From IMG/VR virus record IMGVR_UViG_3300007153_000037: a stretch of 7,432 nt of DNA; one strand, written 5' to 3'. This DNA is from a virus. Of the stretch, positions 1 through 5,067 are shown in pieces (within the stretch, counting starts at the first letter, position 1; every line of letters begins with the position of its first letter). The notes below the pieces were generated by a model. That model was not told where the DNA came from, made no database searches, and was given only the letters and a program-made list of their open reading frames with translations. Both the position numbers and the translations under genes were made by a program.

Positions 1-24
1 GACGGTGATTCATCTGAAGGCTGC
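1..24. repeat. Terminal redundancy (copy 1) marking circular closure
   Basis: gacggtgattcatctgaaggctgc is identical to 7409-7432. The window ends there, so the overlap is at least 24 nt. Confidence 0.95.
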
Positions 25-1064
25 TTATCAGACTCCTCAACAGTTGTTATTACGCCATCGCGATTAATATTTGTTGTTGTAGTCGTGCTGTAGTCATAGT
101 AAGTATTACCGTACTTGTAGTCGTACTTATTCTGCGTGCTAGTAACTGTAGTAGACGAAGTGCCGTCAGGATTGCGCGTTTGAGAAGTTGTCGTAGACGC
201 GGGGCCTAGCTGCTGAGAGGGCCCCGACAGATCGTGCCAGGAAGTAAGGTCATCAACACAGCGACCAGGACTTAAAGCACCGGCACAGGTCTCTTTGAGT
301 AAGTCACGAACGAATGACGATGACTGGGCAGAAGCAAAAGCTTCCATTTTGTTCCAATCAGCATCACCCGCAGGCCGATCAGAATATTCTAGAGCAGTAT
401 CAGATATCAGCTGACGATAAGATGTCGGGAAAAGACCCTGCGCGTTATTTTTATAACCCAGACTAGCGCTAATACAATAGTTATGAAATTGAAATCCAGC
501 CGGGGGCTTGGCACTACCATCAATAACAGTAAAGCGAAACGTTTGAGTGCCGTATTTAGAAACAATGTACTTATTTAGTGTGCGCGAAGAAGGCAGTGTA
601 CAAGCGTCAAAATCACGAGCGTTGAGAACTTCAGAAACCTCATCACCGTCAACGCTAACAGACGGGAGTCTAACAGCGCCGCTAGAGTCAATAACAGCAT
701 CGACAGAATTCAAAAGTGCTTGCGTAGCAGCGCCAAGAACTGCACCAGGAATGCCCCTACGAAGACCAGAAACAGCAGCCTTGCCGACAGACTTAGGATT
801 GGCTTTTACAGAGGGCTTAACGACAACCTTTTGCTTGCCGCCAGGATTGTCACCGGGGCGAAATCTATTGCCAGCCGTATGCTCATCAACAAAGTCCTGA
901 CCGTAAAACGCAGCGTCACCGTTTGGCGTTTGGAAACTACCGCCAGGGCCACTAACAACATCGCTACGAGAAGGCATATTTACTTGCTTTCTAGTTGCCG
1001 AGTAAGAGTCGGGAATTGAAAAGAAAAAGATCAAGAACGAGAAACACCAATAACGAATGCCCAT
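1..1064 (-). CDS. gIII-like minor coat / adsorption protein, 5' part (continues at 7408 on the circle; about 464 aa in total)
   Basis: I checked every minus-strand codon in this frame by hand from 1115 down to 3, and the codon spanning 2, 1 and 7408 also reads through: no stop. The first in-frame ATG is at 1064. The N-terminus MGIRYWCFSFLIFFFSIPDSYSA looks like a signal peptide. A Ser/Thr-rich linker follows (GPASTTTSQTRNPDGTSSTTVTST ... STTTTTN). The gene sits between the major coat and gVI-like genes. It is absent from the ORF track because it runs off the window edge. Confidence 0.8.
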   Translation of the reverse strand, partial: MGIRYWCFSFLIFFFSIPDSYSATRKQVNMPSRSDVVSGPGGSFQTPNGDAAFYGQDFVDEHTAGNRFRPGDNPGGKQKVVVKPSVKANPKSVGKAAVSGLRRGIPGAVLGAATQALLNSVDAVIDSSGAVRLPSVSVDGDEVSEVLNARDFDACTLPSSRTLNKYIVSKYGTQTFRFTVIDGSAKPPAGFQFHNYCISASLGYKNNAQGLFPTSYRQLISDTALEYSDRPAGDADWNKMEAFASAQSSSFVRDLLKETCAGALSPGRCVDDLTSWHDLSGPSQQLGPASTTTSQTRNPDGTSSTTVTSTQNKYDYKYGNTYYDYSTTTTTNINRDGVITTVEESDKQPSDESP

Positions 1065-1152
1065 CCACCGATAACCCCGCCAAGGAATATTAAAGAATAT
1101 GCCAGCATGGCTACATCAGCTGACGTTATTAAAAGTTGCTGGTCCATAATGT

Positions 1153-1176
1153 AAAAAAGGGGACGTTTCCGCCCCC
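1153..1176 (-). terminator. Rho-independent terminator after the major coat gene
   Basis: The minus strand reads GGGGGCG-GAAA-CGTCCCC followed by TTTTTT: a 7-bp stem including one G-T pair, a GNRA-type loop and a T6 tract. It lies 20 nt downstream of the coat gene stop, as seen after gVIII in Ff phages. Confidence 0.8.
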
Positions 1177-1195
1177 TCCCCTATTGATTTGCGCG

Positions 1196-1330
1196 TTAAG
1201 CCTTTTTGACGCCGCGCTTGCCCAGGTCGATACCCTTGAACGCCATTGTGATACCGATAACGGCGACACCGACAGTACCGACCCAGGCAGCAACAGAACT
1301 GAAATCAACAGCAGCAAAAATTGCATCCAT
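1196..1330 (-). CDS. Major coat protein (gVIII-like), 44 aa
   Basis: The hand translation is MDAIFAAVDFSSVAAWVGTVGVAVIGITMAFKGIDLGKRGVKKA. It has an acidic N-terminus, a hydrophobic core and a basic C-terminus, the classic inovirus coat design (Pf3-like, with no obvious leader). GAGG lies about 9 nt upstream of the ATG, and a strong terminator follows. It is shorter than any entry in the supplied ORF track (the shortest listed is 60 aa). Confidence 0.75.
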   Translation of the reverse strand: MDAIFAAVDFSSVAAWVGTVGVAVIGITMAFKGIDLGKRGVKKA

Positions 1331-1343
1331 GTTTCTTTACCTC

Positions 1344-1478
1344 TTAGAGTTTACGAATGACGCCAATAGCGACGCCGATTTTCCAGCCGAATGCCCAGGC
1401 AGCAACAGTCAGCATGAAACTTGCGGTATATACGGAGATAACTCCCTCAACCGTTACTTGAGTTAATGTCTCGGGCAT
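1344..1478 (-). CDS. Small hydrophobic virion/membrane protein (gVII/gIX-like or second coat-like), 44 aa
   Basis: The translation is MPETLTQVTVEGVISVYTASFMLTVAAWAFGWKIGVAIGVIRKL, with one TM segment and a basic tail. Its ATG overlaps the upstream stop (TAATG), and it sits immediately upstream of the major coat gene. Confidence 0.6.
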   Translation of the reverse strand: MPETLTQVTVEGVISVYTASFMLTVAAWAFGWKIGVAIGVIRKL

Positions 1479-1615
1479 TATTCGAACATCTCCCCGAGAC
1501 AATCACCGCAATAAACTTCGCCATCAGGTACGCCCAGGGCTTCATATAAATCTGCGGAATCCTCGACCTCATCTGAATCGAAGTCATCACCGCAGCCGCA
1601 GCAGGTAGCACTCAT
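1478..1615 (-). CDS. Acidic CxxC...CxxC mini-protein (zinc-ribbon-like), 45 aa
   Basis: The translation is MSATCCGCGDDFDSDEVEDSADLYEALGVPDGEVYCGDCLGEMFE. GAGGA lies about 9 nt upstream. The ATG overlaps the upstream stop (ATGA) and the stop overlaps the next ATG (TAATG). Confidence 0.6.
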   Translation of the reverse strand: MSATCCGCGDDFDSDEVEDSADLYEALGVPDGEVYCGDCLGEMFE

Positions 1616-1773
1616 AGAGCAATATCCTCACCGGAAGAACAATTTGGGCATACAGCAAAGTACGGAGCCGAAGAATGATCATCGAGCAGATCGGGCTGGG
1701 GGGCGGGCTGATGGTGCAACTGGCCCATATCGTCGCCGCAGCAGTTGCACAGAACACGGTCGAGAATCAGCAC
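1612..1773 (-). CDS. CxxC...CxxC mini-protein (zinc-ribbon-like), 53 aa, GTG start
   Basis: The translation is (M)LILDRVLCNCCGDDMGQLHHQPAPQPDLLDDHSSAPYFAVCPNCSSGEDIAL. GAGG lies 7 nt upstream of the GTG. The stop is coupled to the next gene, and the cysteine pattern matches both neighbours. The start codon is uncertain. Confidence 0.45.
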   Translation of the reverse strand: MLILDRVLCNCCGDDMGQLHHQPAPQPDLLDDHSSAPYFAVCPNCSSGEDIAL

Positions 1774-1782
1774 AGAGAAACC

Positions 1783-1908
1783 TCAGTTAAACCACGACTC
1801 ATCGGCACAATCAGGGCACAAAAACTCACCGTTGGGGTCTTCGCTAACGTCATCAGTAGCGCCGCAAGACTCGCAAGATTCGTCAGACTCATCTAAATCA
1901 TCAGACAT
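1783..1908 (-). CDS. Acidic CxxC...CxxC mini-protein (zinc-ribbon-like), 41 aa
   Basis: The translation is MSDDLDESDESCESCGATDDVSEDPNGEFLCPDCADESWFN. GGGGAG lies about 9 nt upstream of the ATG, and the gene starts 16 nt after the preceding stop. Confidence 0.6.
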   Translation of the reverse strand: MSDDLDESDESCESCGATDDVSEDPNGEFLCPDCADESWFN

Positions 1909-1923
1909 GAAAGCGAACTCCCC

Positions 1924-2277
1924 TTAAGCCGGTTTGGATACGGGAGCGGGAGTGACGGAGGCAGACTGAGCAGTCTTTTCAGGCAGCTCAGCGAGACGAA
2001 GCGGCACGCCCTGGAGCGAATAGCGAATGCGGAATTTGCCGTTGAATTCGTCCAGCTCGTCGCTGTAGGGCGCGAAGACTTCAGAGCCGACGTGCTGGCG
2101 ATAGGCGTTATGGAGGCCGTCTTTGTACTGCTGACCAGCAACCATAAATTCAACCAGGGCGGTCTCTTCAAAGCCGTTGCGGTTCTTCGAAACGCAGTTC
2201 ATGCCGACGATGCACCAGGGCTTTTGCTCAGTGCCTTTTTGAACGATACCGACGACAAAGCCGCGAAGAATTTTCAT
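1924..2277 (-). CDS. Putative ssDNA-binding protein (gV / RstB position), 117 aa
   Basis: This is a complete ORF with GAGGTG 5 nt upstream, and its ATG overlaps the upstream stop (ATGA). The call rests mainly on its position downstream of rep and on its small size with a Pro/Ala/Ser-rich tail. I recognise no diagnostic motif by eye. Confidence 0.5.
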   Translation of the reverse strand: MKILRGFVVGIVQKGTEQKPWCIVGMNCVSKNRNGFEETALVEFMVAGQQYKDGLHNAYRQHVGSEVFAPYSDELDEFNGKFRIRYSLQGVPLRLAELPEKTAQSASVTPAPVSKPA

Positions 2278-2600
2278 GCATACACCTCATTGATTGATTG
2301 GCCGAAGCCGAAGGCATCACCAACCCAGGGTGTGCCGGTTGAAGAGAAATCGACGCGGCCAAAACGCTTGAAATCAGCGGCCAATTTCCAGTAAAGGCGG
2401 GAGTCACGGTCAGCCACTGCGTCTGGCTGCATTTGCCTATGCATGTGAGCTGGGAGCATCGGGCCGACGAACTCACGGGCGGCGAACGTCGAGCGGAGCG
2501 CTTCGAAATCGACATTGCCGTAGGAGGAAGGACGAGCAGCAATTGCGCGATGATGGTCGCGGAGAGTCGCCGCCCTGCCCTGCAATTTGACCGTGCGCAT
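2274..2600 (-). CDS. Hypothetical protein, 108 aa, translationally coupled between rep and the ssb-like gene
   Basis: Its start overlaps the rep stop (TGATG) and its stop overlaps the next start (ATGA). I recognise no motif. Confidence 0.55.
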   Translation of the reverse strand: MRTVKLQGRAATLRDHHRAIAARPSSYGNVDFEALRSTFAAREFVGPMLPAHMHRQMQPDAVADRDSRLYWKLAADFKRFGRVDFSSTGTPWVGDAFGFGQSINEVYA

Positions 2601-3721
2601 CAGGCCACCAGTCGCAGAGGCGAAGGCACTACCGCAGAGCGGTAGAACGAAGGCAGCGGCATGTCGAAACTGCGTTCGATATCGCGGACGTTTCGAATGA
2701 AGACAACACCGTGACGAGTCGCATCGAACGGCAACTTGATGTCGATACCGATTTGACGAAGACGGGCGCGGTGCTTCTGGACTGCCGATGACTCAAGATC
2801 AAAACGCTGGCCACATTGCCAAAGAGCGACATAACCGGCAGTCGTCATCGCGGCTTTACGGTGATCGACAATGCCCTTCGCCAGCAGCTCGTCGGCCACT
2901 GTCAAAACGTCGAAGTTACTGATCTCGCACTTGTCGCCCACCATGAGGAACCCCCTTTGGATTTCTCGCAATTTCTGCTCGTCGAAGAGTCCCCAAAAAC
3001 GGAGCCCTTCCCTCTTCAAATACTCCGAACGACACTTGATCTCGGAGCGAACCATGCCGACGGATGCACACCAGTCGCGCAACTCCCGCACGTAGCGGTA
3101 TTCATCAGATTCTTCGCCGAAGGTCCGCTTGACCTTGGGCAGAAGGTGGGCGCTCAGCTCAGCCGCCTTGTTGTAATTACCCGGGTAAACGAGAGAGCCA
3201 GCTTTCTCGCCACCCTTCGGGGTCCAAACGCATGTGTTGCCGTCCGGGTACAGGTAGGCAATGGAGTTGCGGAAACGCTGGCTTGAAATGCCACGCAGAA
3301 ACGCCCGTTCGTTGCCCTTCCCTACGTAAAAATTGCTGGTCAAATCGAGGCGCTGAAAAATGGCACCGTCAGCAATCAGGGTCCCGTCTTGAAGCTGCTG
3401 CGTTGTCGTGCAGCGGGTCATTTCTGGGAGGCCAAGCTCAACCAGCACAGCGTTAATCACGCGCATGCAGCCATCGAGCGAATCGATGCCGAAAACGTTA
3501 TCGAGGCGGTTCAGACGGGACGGATTGCCATCGACCGTAATGCGCCTGCCACGAACATGAATTCGGAACGTGGTGCAGTAGCTGCCTTCGGCGTAGAACG
3601 CCGGAACCGAGGTAGAAAGCAGTTCTTCGGTCTCGATGCAGGATCGACGGCAGATCACCTCACCGACCTTCGGAAGGTCAAATGGGTAGTCCTGATACGC
3701 CTTGATCCAGTCGTAGAACAT
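2600..3721 (-). CDS. Rolling-circle replication initiation protein (gpII / phage CRI-like), 373 aa from the ATG
   Basis: This is the largest ORF after zot and sits at the head of the minus-strand operon. The N-terminus is MFYDWIKAY. Motifs include VYPGNYNKAAEL, matching the YNK..EL pattern of gpII/Rep_trans-type initiators, and VRSEIKCRSEYLKREGL. AGGGA lies 5 nt upstream of the ATG at 3721. The ORF-track start at 3736 is a TTG and seems less likely. Confidence 0.85.
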   Translation of the reverse strand: MFYDWIKAYQDYPFDLPKVGEVICRRSCIETEELLSTSVPAFYAEGSYCTTFRIHVRGRRITVDGNPSRLNRLDNVFGIDSLDGCMRVINAVLVELGLPEMTRCTTTQQLQDGTLIADGAIFQRLDLTSNFYVGKGNERAFLRGISSQRFRNSIAYLYPDGNTCVWTPKGGEKAGSLVYPGNYNKAAELSAHLLPKVKRTFGEESDEYRYVRELRDWCASVGMVRSEIKCRSEYLKREGLRFWGLFDEQKLREIQRGFLMVGDKCEISNFDVLTVADELLAKGIVDHRKAAMTTAGYVALWQCGQRFDLESSAVQKHRARLRQIGIDIKLPFDATRHGVVFIRNVRDIERSFDMPLPSFYRSAVVPSPLRLVA

Positions 3722-3852
3722 GCAAATCCCTGTCAATATCGGGAAACCAATACTTTGTGGACGGGATCATAGGATTTGCAGCTGACAGAATGCAAGCAGA
3801 TTTGTATCGGAATATCGGCACTGTATGAACGATCAGTGCGTAAGGTCGGGAA
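3721..3852. promoter_or_regulatory. Divergent promoter/operator region between rep and the repressor gene
   Basis: On the minus strand, TTGCAT (3795-3790), an 18-nt spacer and TATGAT (3771-3766) form a candidate rep promoter. On the plus strand, TTGTAT (3802-3807), a 16-nt spacer and TATGAA (3824-3829) form a candidate repressor promoter. The 9-mer GGATTTGCA occurs at 3772-3780 and inverted at 3721-3729, with a partial third copy, AGATTTGTA, at 3798-3806. TTGCA-N10-TGCAA lies at 3776-3795. Confidence 0.5.
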
Positions 3853-4209
3853 ATGAACACCGACCCAGAGGGTAGAGCCGTGACAATTGCCGAAAACCTA
3901 AAACGGTGCAGGAAGGCTAAGAAGCTGACGCAGCGCCATGTCTGGGAGAAAACCGGCATAAGCAAGTCGAGCTATGTGTCATACGAAGCCGGGAAGGCAA
4001 TACCGGCAGGAGATACCGTTGTTGCGCTAGCGAAGGTCCTTGGAACCACTACTGATGAGTTGCTGCTAGATGAGCAAGAAAGGTCGGTTTCCGAAGACAT
4101 AGCACCAATACTAAAGCGCTTTGATGCACTGCCCGTTGATATCAGAAACCAAGCCAAAATAGCCCTTAAGGGCGTGCTTTTCGGATACGAGCAAGAGGCA
4201 CTGAGATAG
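3853..4209 (+). CDS. XRE/cI-family helix-turn-helix transcriptional repressor, 118 aa
   Basis: The segment IAENLKRCRKAKKLTQRHVWEKTGISKSSYVSYEAGKAIPAGDTVVALAKVLGTTTDELL is a textbook HTH_3 pattern (LTQ..ha...Gis.s.is.yE.G...P....l..la..L....deLl). It is the only plus-strand gene and diverges from rep. Confidence 0.9.
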   Translation: MNTDPEGRAVTIAENLKRCRKAKKLTQRHVWEKTGISKSSYVSYEAGKAIPAGDTVVALAKVLGTTTDELLLDEQERSVSEDIAPILKRFDALPVDIRNQAKIALKGVLFGYEQEALR

Positions 4210-4211
4210 GC

Positions 4212-4260
4212 AAAAACCCCTCGATTGCGGGGTAAAGTGGGGGTGTTACAGCACCCCCAC
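4212..4260. terminator. Tandem hairpins between convergent transcription units (candidate terminator, clearest on the minus strand)
   Basis: Hairpin 1 is 4237-4245 GTGGGGGTG, loop TTACAG, and 4252-4260 CACCCCCAC (9 bp, perfect). Hairpin 2 is 4216-4220 ACCCC, an 8-nt loop, and 4229-4233 GGGGT. Read on the minus strand, hairpin 2 is followed by TTTTT (complement of 4212-4216). On the plus strand no T tract follows, so termination of the repressor transcript is less clear. Confidence 0.6.
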
Positions 4261-4300
4261 CCATCCGAGCCGCTGAAACTGGGCGGCATCTTCCGCCGGG

Positions 4301-4350
4301 CTCGGTCGACCTGAACCAGCCTCGGACACCTGAAACGAAGCCTCGGACGG
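4301..4350. repeat. About 2.5 tandem copies of a 20-21-bp unit in a non-coding region
   Basis: The copies are CTCGGTCGACCTGAACCAGC (4301-4320), CTCGGACACCTGAAACGAAGC (4321-4341) and the partial CTCGGACGG (4342-4350). CTGAAAC also occurs at 4273-4279, inside an imperfect hairpin at 4265-4305. Confidence 0.7.
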
Positions 4351-4446
4351 GCGCAGAGTGCCCTGACAGGCATCCTGCTGCACGCTATTGGGTAATCAGG
4401 CGCGAAGGTGGTTTTGCGCTGCTTGTCCGGGCAGCGATCGCGAAGG

Positions 4447-4561
4447 AATTGGTACCTGCAGGTGAGATCCTGGGCGAGATCGATCGGGCGTTTTGGTACC
4501 AATTTCTGCTGCAGCAGATCCAGGCCGGCGCCGACATGGAGGTAAACGAGGTACCAATCAG
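4447..4561. promoter_or_regulatory. GGTACC-box array A (3 boxes), downstream of the 123-aa gene
   Basis: GGTACC cores lie at 4451, 4495 and 4550, spaced 44 and 55 bp apart. The box at 4493-4502 is the perfect 10-bp palindrome TTGGTACCAA. The array shares sub-motifs with array B: GAGATCCTGGGC 13 nt after the first box, GGTACCAATTTCT..CTGCAG..CCAGG, and GGTACCAATCAG. Confidence 0.7.
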
Positions 4562-4929
4562 CCGTGGCCGGTTCGGTTGAGGCGAGCCAGGAAGTGATCC
4601 ATCGACTCACCAACTTGAGGTGAGGTCTCAGGCTCGAGATGGTGACGCAGGCGCGGCGGCGTCGTGTCCTTGGCCTGGAACATATCGCCTTGACCAGCAA
4701 CCTCGGCGAGCTGGATCGCAGCGTCACGAGCTGCTGCCAAAGTCTGCTGATACGACAGCACCTGCTGGCGAAGCTCGGCGATCTCAGCACGGGCAAGCTT
4801 CAGATCACTCTCCAGTCGTAACGACTTCTCGGCGGCGTACGCGAATGCCTTTGAGGCAACACGATAACCCGTAGAGGTCATGAGCTTTTCGGTCAGGCTG
4901 TCATCGGCTTGGAACTTCACTAGCGGCAT
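4558..4929 (-). CDS. Small coiled-coil protein, possible ribbon-helix-helix DNA-binding protein, 123 aa (paralog of 5064-5321)
   Basis: The internal ATG at 4929 has AGGA 7 nt upstream. The product starts MPLVKFQADDSLTEKLMTSTGYRVASKAFAYAAEKSL, a beta-strand, helix, G-x-x, helix pattern compatible with RHH. A heptad-like region follows (LKLARAEIAELRQQVLSYQQTLAAARDAAIQLAEVAGQ). The 30-codon upstream extension in the ORF track runs through box array B and lacks an RBS. Confidence 0.6.
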   Translation of the reverse strand: MPLVKFQADDSLTEKLMTSTGYRVASKAFAYAAEKSLRLESDLKLARAEIAELRQQVLSYQQTLAAARDAAIQLAEVAGQGDMFQAKDTTPPRLRHHLEPETSPQVGESMDHFLARLNRTGHG

Positions 4930-4940
4930 AGTCGGATCCT

Positions 4941-5067
4941 TTTGGTACCAGTTGGCGAGATCCTGGGCAAACCAGGTGCGCGAAAATGGTACCAAAGCCA
5001 TCGAGCAAACTGGTACCAATTTCTCCAGCTGCAGGAAGACCAGGTGCTACAAAAAGGTACCAATCAG
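4941..5067. promoter_or_regulatory. GGTACC-box array B (4 boxes), intergenic between the two paralogous small genes
   Basis: GGTACC cores lie at 4944, 4988, 5012 and 5056, spaced 44, 24 and 44 bp apart. The array is collinear with array A apart from a 24-bp segment carrying one extra box. Confidence 0.7.

Noticed and set aside
547-1019. Plus-strand ORFs of 117 aa and 99 aa
   Set aside because: Both are antisense to the junction-spanning gIII-like gene, which has a signal peptide, linkers, a membrane anchor and correct synteny. Their translations are Ser/Thr/Arg-rich with no features.
1129-1326. 65-aa minus-strand ORF (MQFLLLLISVLLLPGS...)
   Set aside because: It overlaps the 44-aa coat-protein frame (1196-1330) out of phase and reads through the rho-independent terminator. 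The coat frame has an RBS and the canonical acidic, hydrophobic, basic coat architecture.
1136-1466. Plus-strand ORFs of 74 aa and 86 aa
   Set aside because: They are antisense to the two 44-aa coat-type genes and to the terminator, and they have no RBS or recognisable features.
1675-1927. Plus-strand ORFs of 73 aa and 60 aa
   Set aside because: They are antisense to three translationally coupled minus-strand mini-ORFs that each have an SD sequence and a shared CxxC...CxxC pattern. They would also be the only plus-strand genes inside an otherwise unidirectional operon. This still needs comparative confirmation.
1893-2645. Assorted overlapping ORFs of 70-104 aa on both strands (1893-2171, 2092-2394, 2228-2542, 2433-2645)
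   Set aside because: They overlap the coupled chain of rep, the 108-aa ORF and the ssb-like gene, either out of frame or antisense. Their translations are compositionally biased, and none has start signals as good as the chosen frames.
2629-3965. ORFs overlapping rep out of frame or antisense (2629-2832 and 3678-3965 on the minus strand; 2816-3286, 2871-3095, 3232-3456 and 3389-3772 on the plus strand)
   Set aside because: All lie within or against the 373-aa initiator gene, which carries recognisable gpII-type motifs. They are likely shadow ORFs.
4246-4383. 45-aa GTG-initiated minus-strand ORF ending in the loop of the 9-bp hairpin
   Set aside because: It has no SD sequence. Its translation is dictated by the tandem DNA repeats (SEASFQVSEAGSG) and has no hydrophobic core or motif. 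I treat the region as non-coding, although a micro-protein cannot be excluded.
3972-4796. 274-aa minus-strand ORF, the third-longest in the track
   Set aside because: It runs antisense through the well-supported HTH repressor gene, across the terminator hairpins and tandem repeats, and out of frame through the 123-aa gene. The translation is Arg/Ser/Cys/Pro-rich and low in complexity, typical of a spurious open frame in GC-rich DNA. It has no RBS.
4929-5019. 30-codon N-terminal extension of the 153-aa track ORF
   Set aside because: The extension begins at a non-ATG start, has no RBS, and consists of the GGTACC box array read as codons (LVP, WY). The internal ATG at 4929 has AGGA at the proper spacing.
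4447-5067. Possibility that the repeated GGTACC boxes form a CRISPR array or the inverted repeats of a transposon
   Set aside because: The repeats are short (8-12 bp) and palindromic, their spacing varies (24, 44 and 55 bp), and they are embedded in duplicated flanking sequence next to paralogous genes. There are no CRISPR-length repeats (about 30 bp), no cas genes and no transposase.
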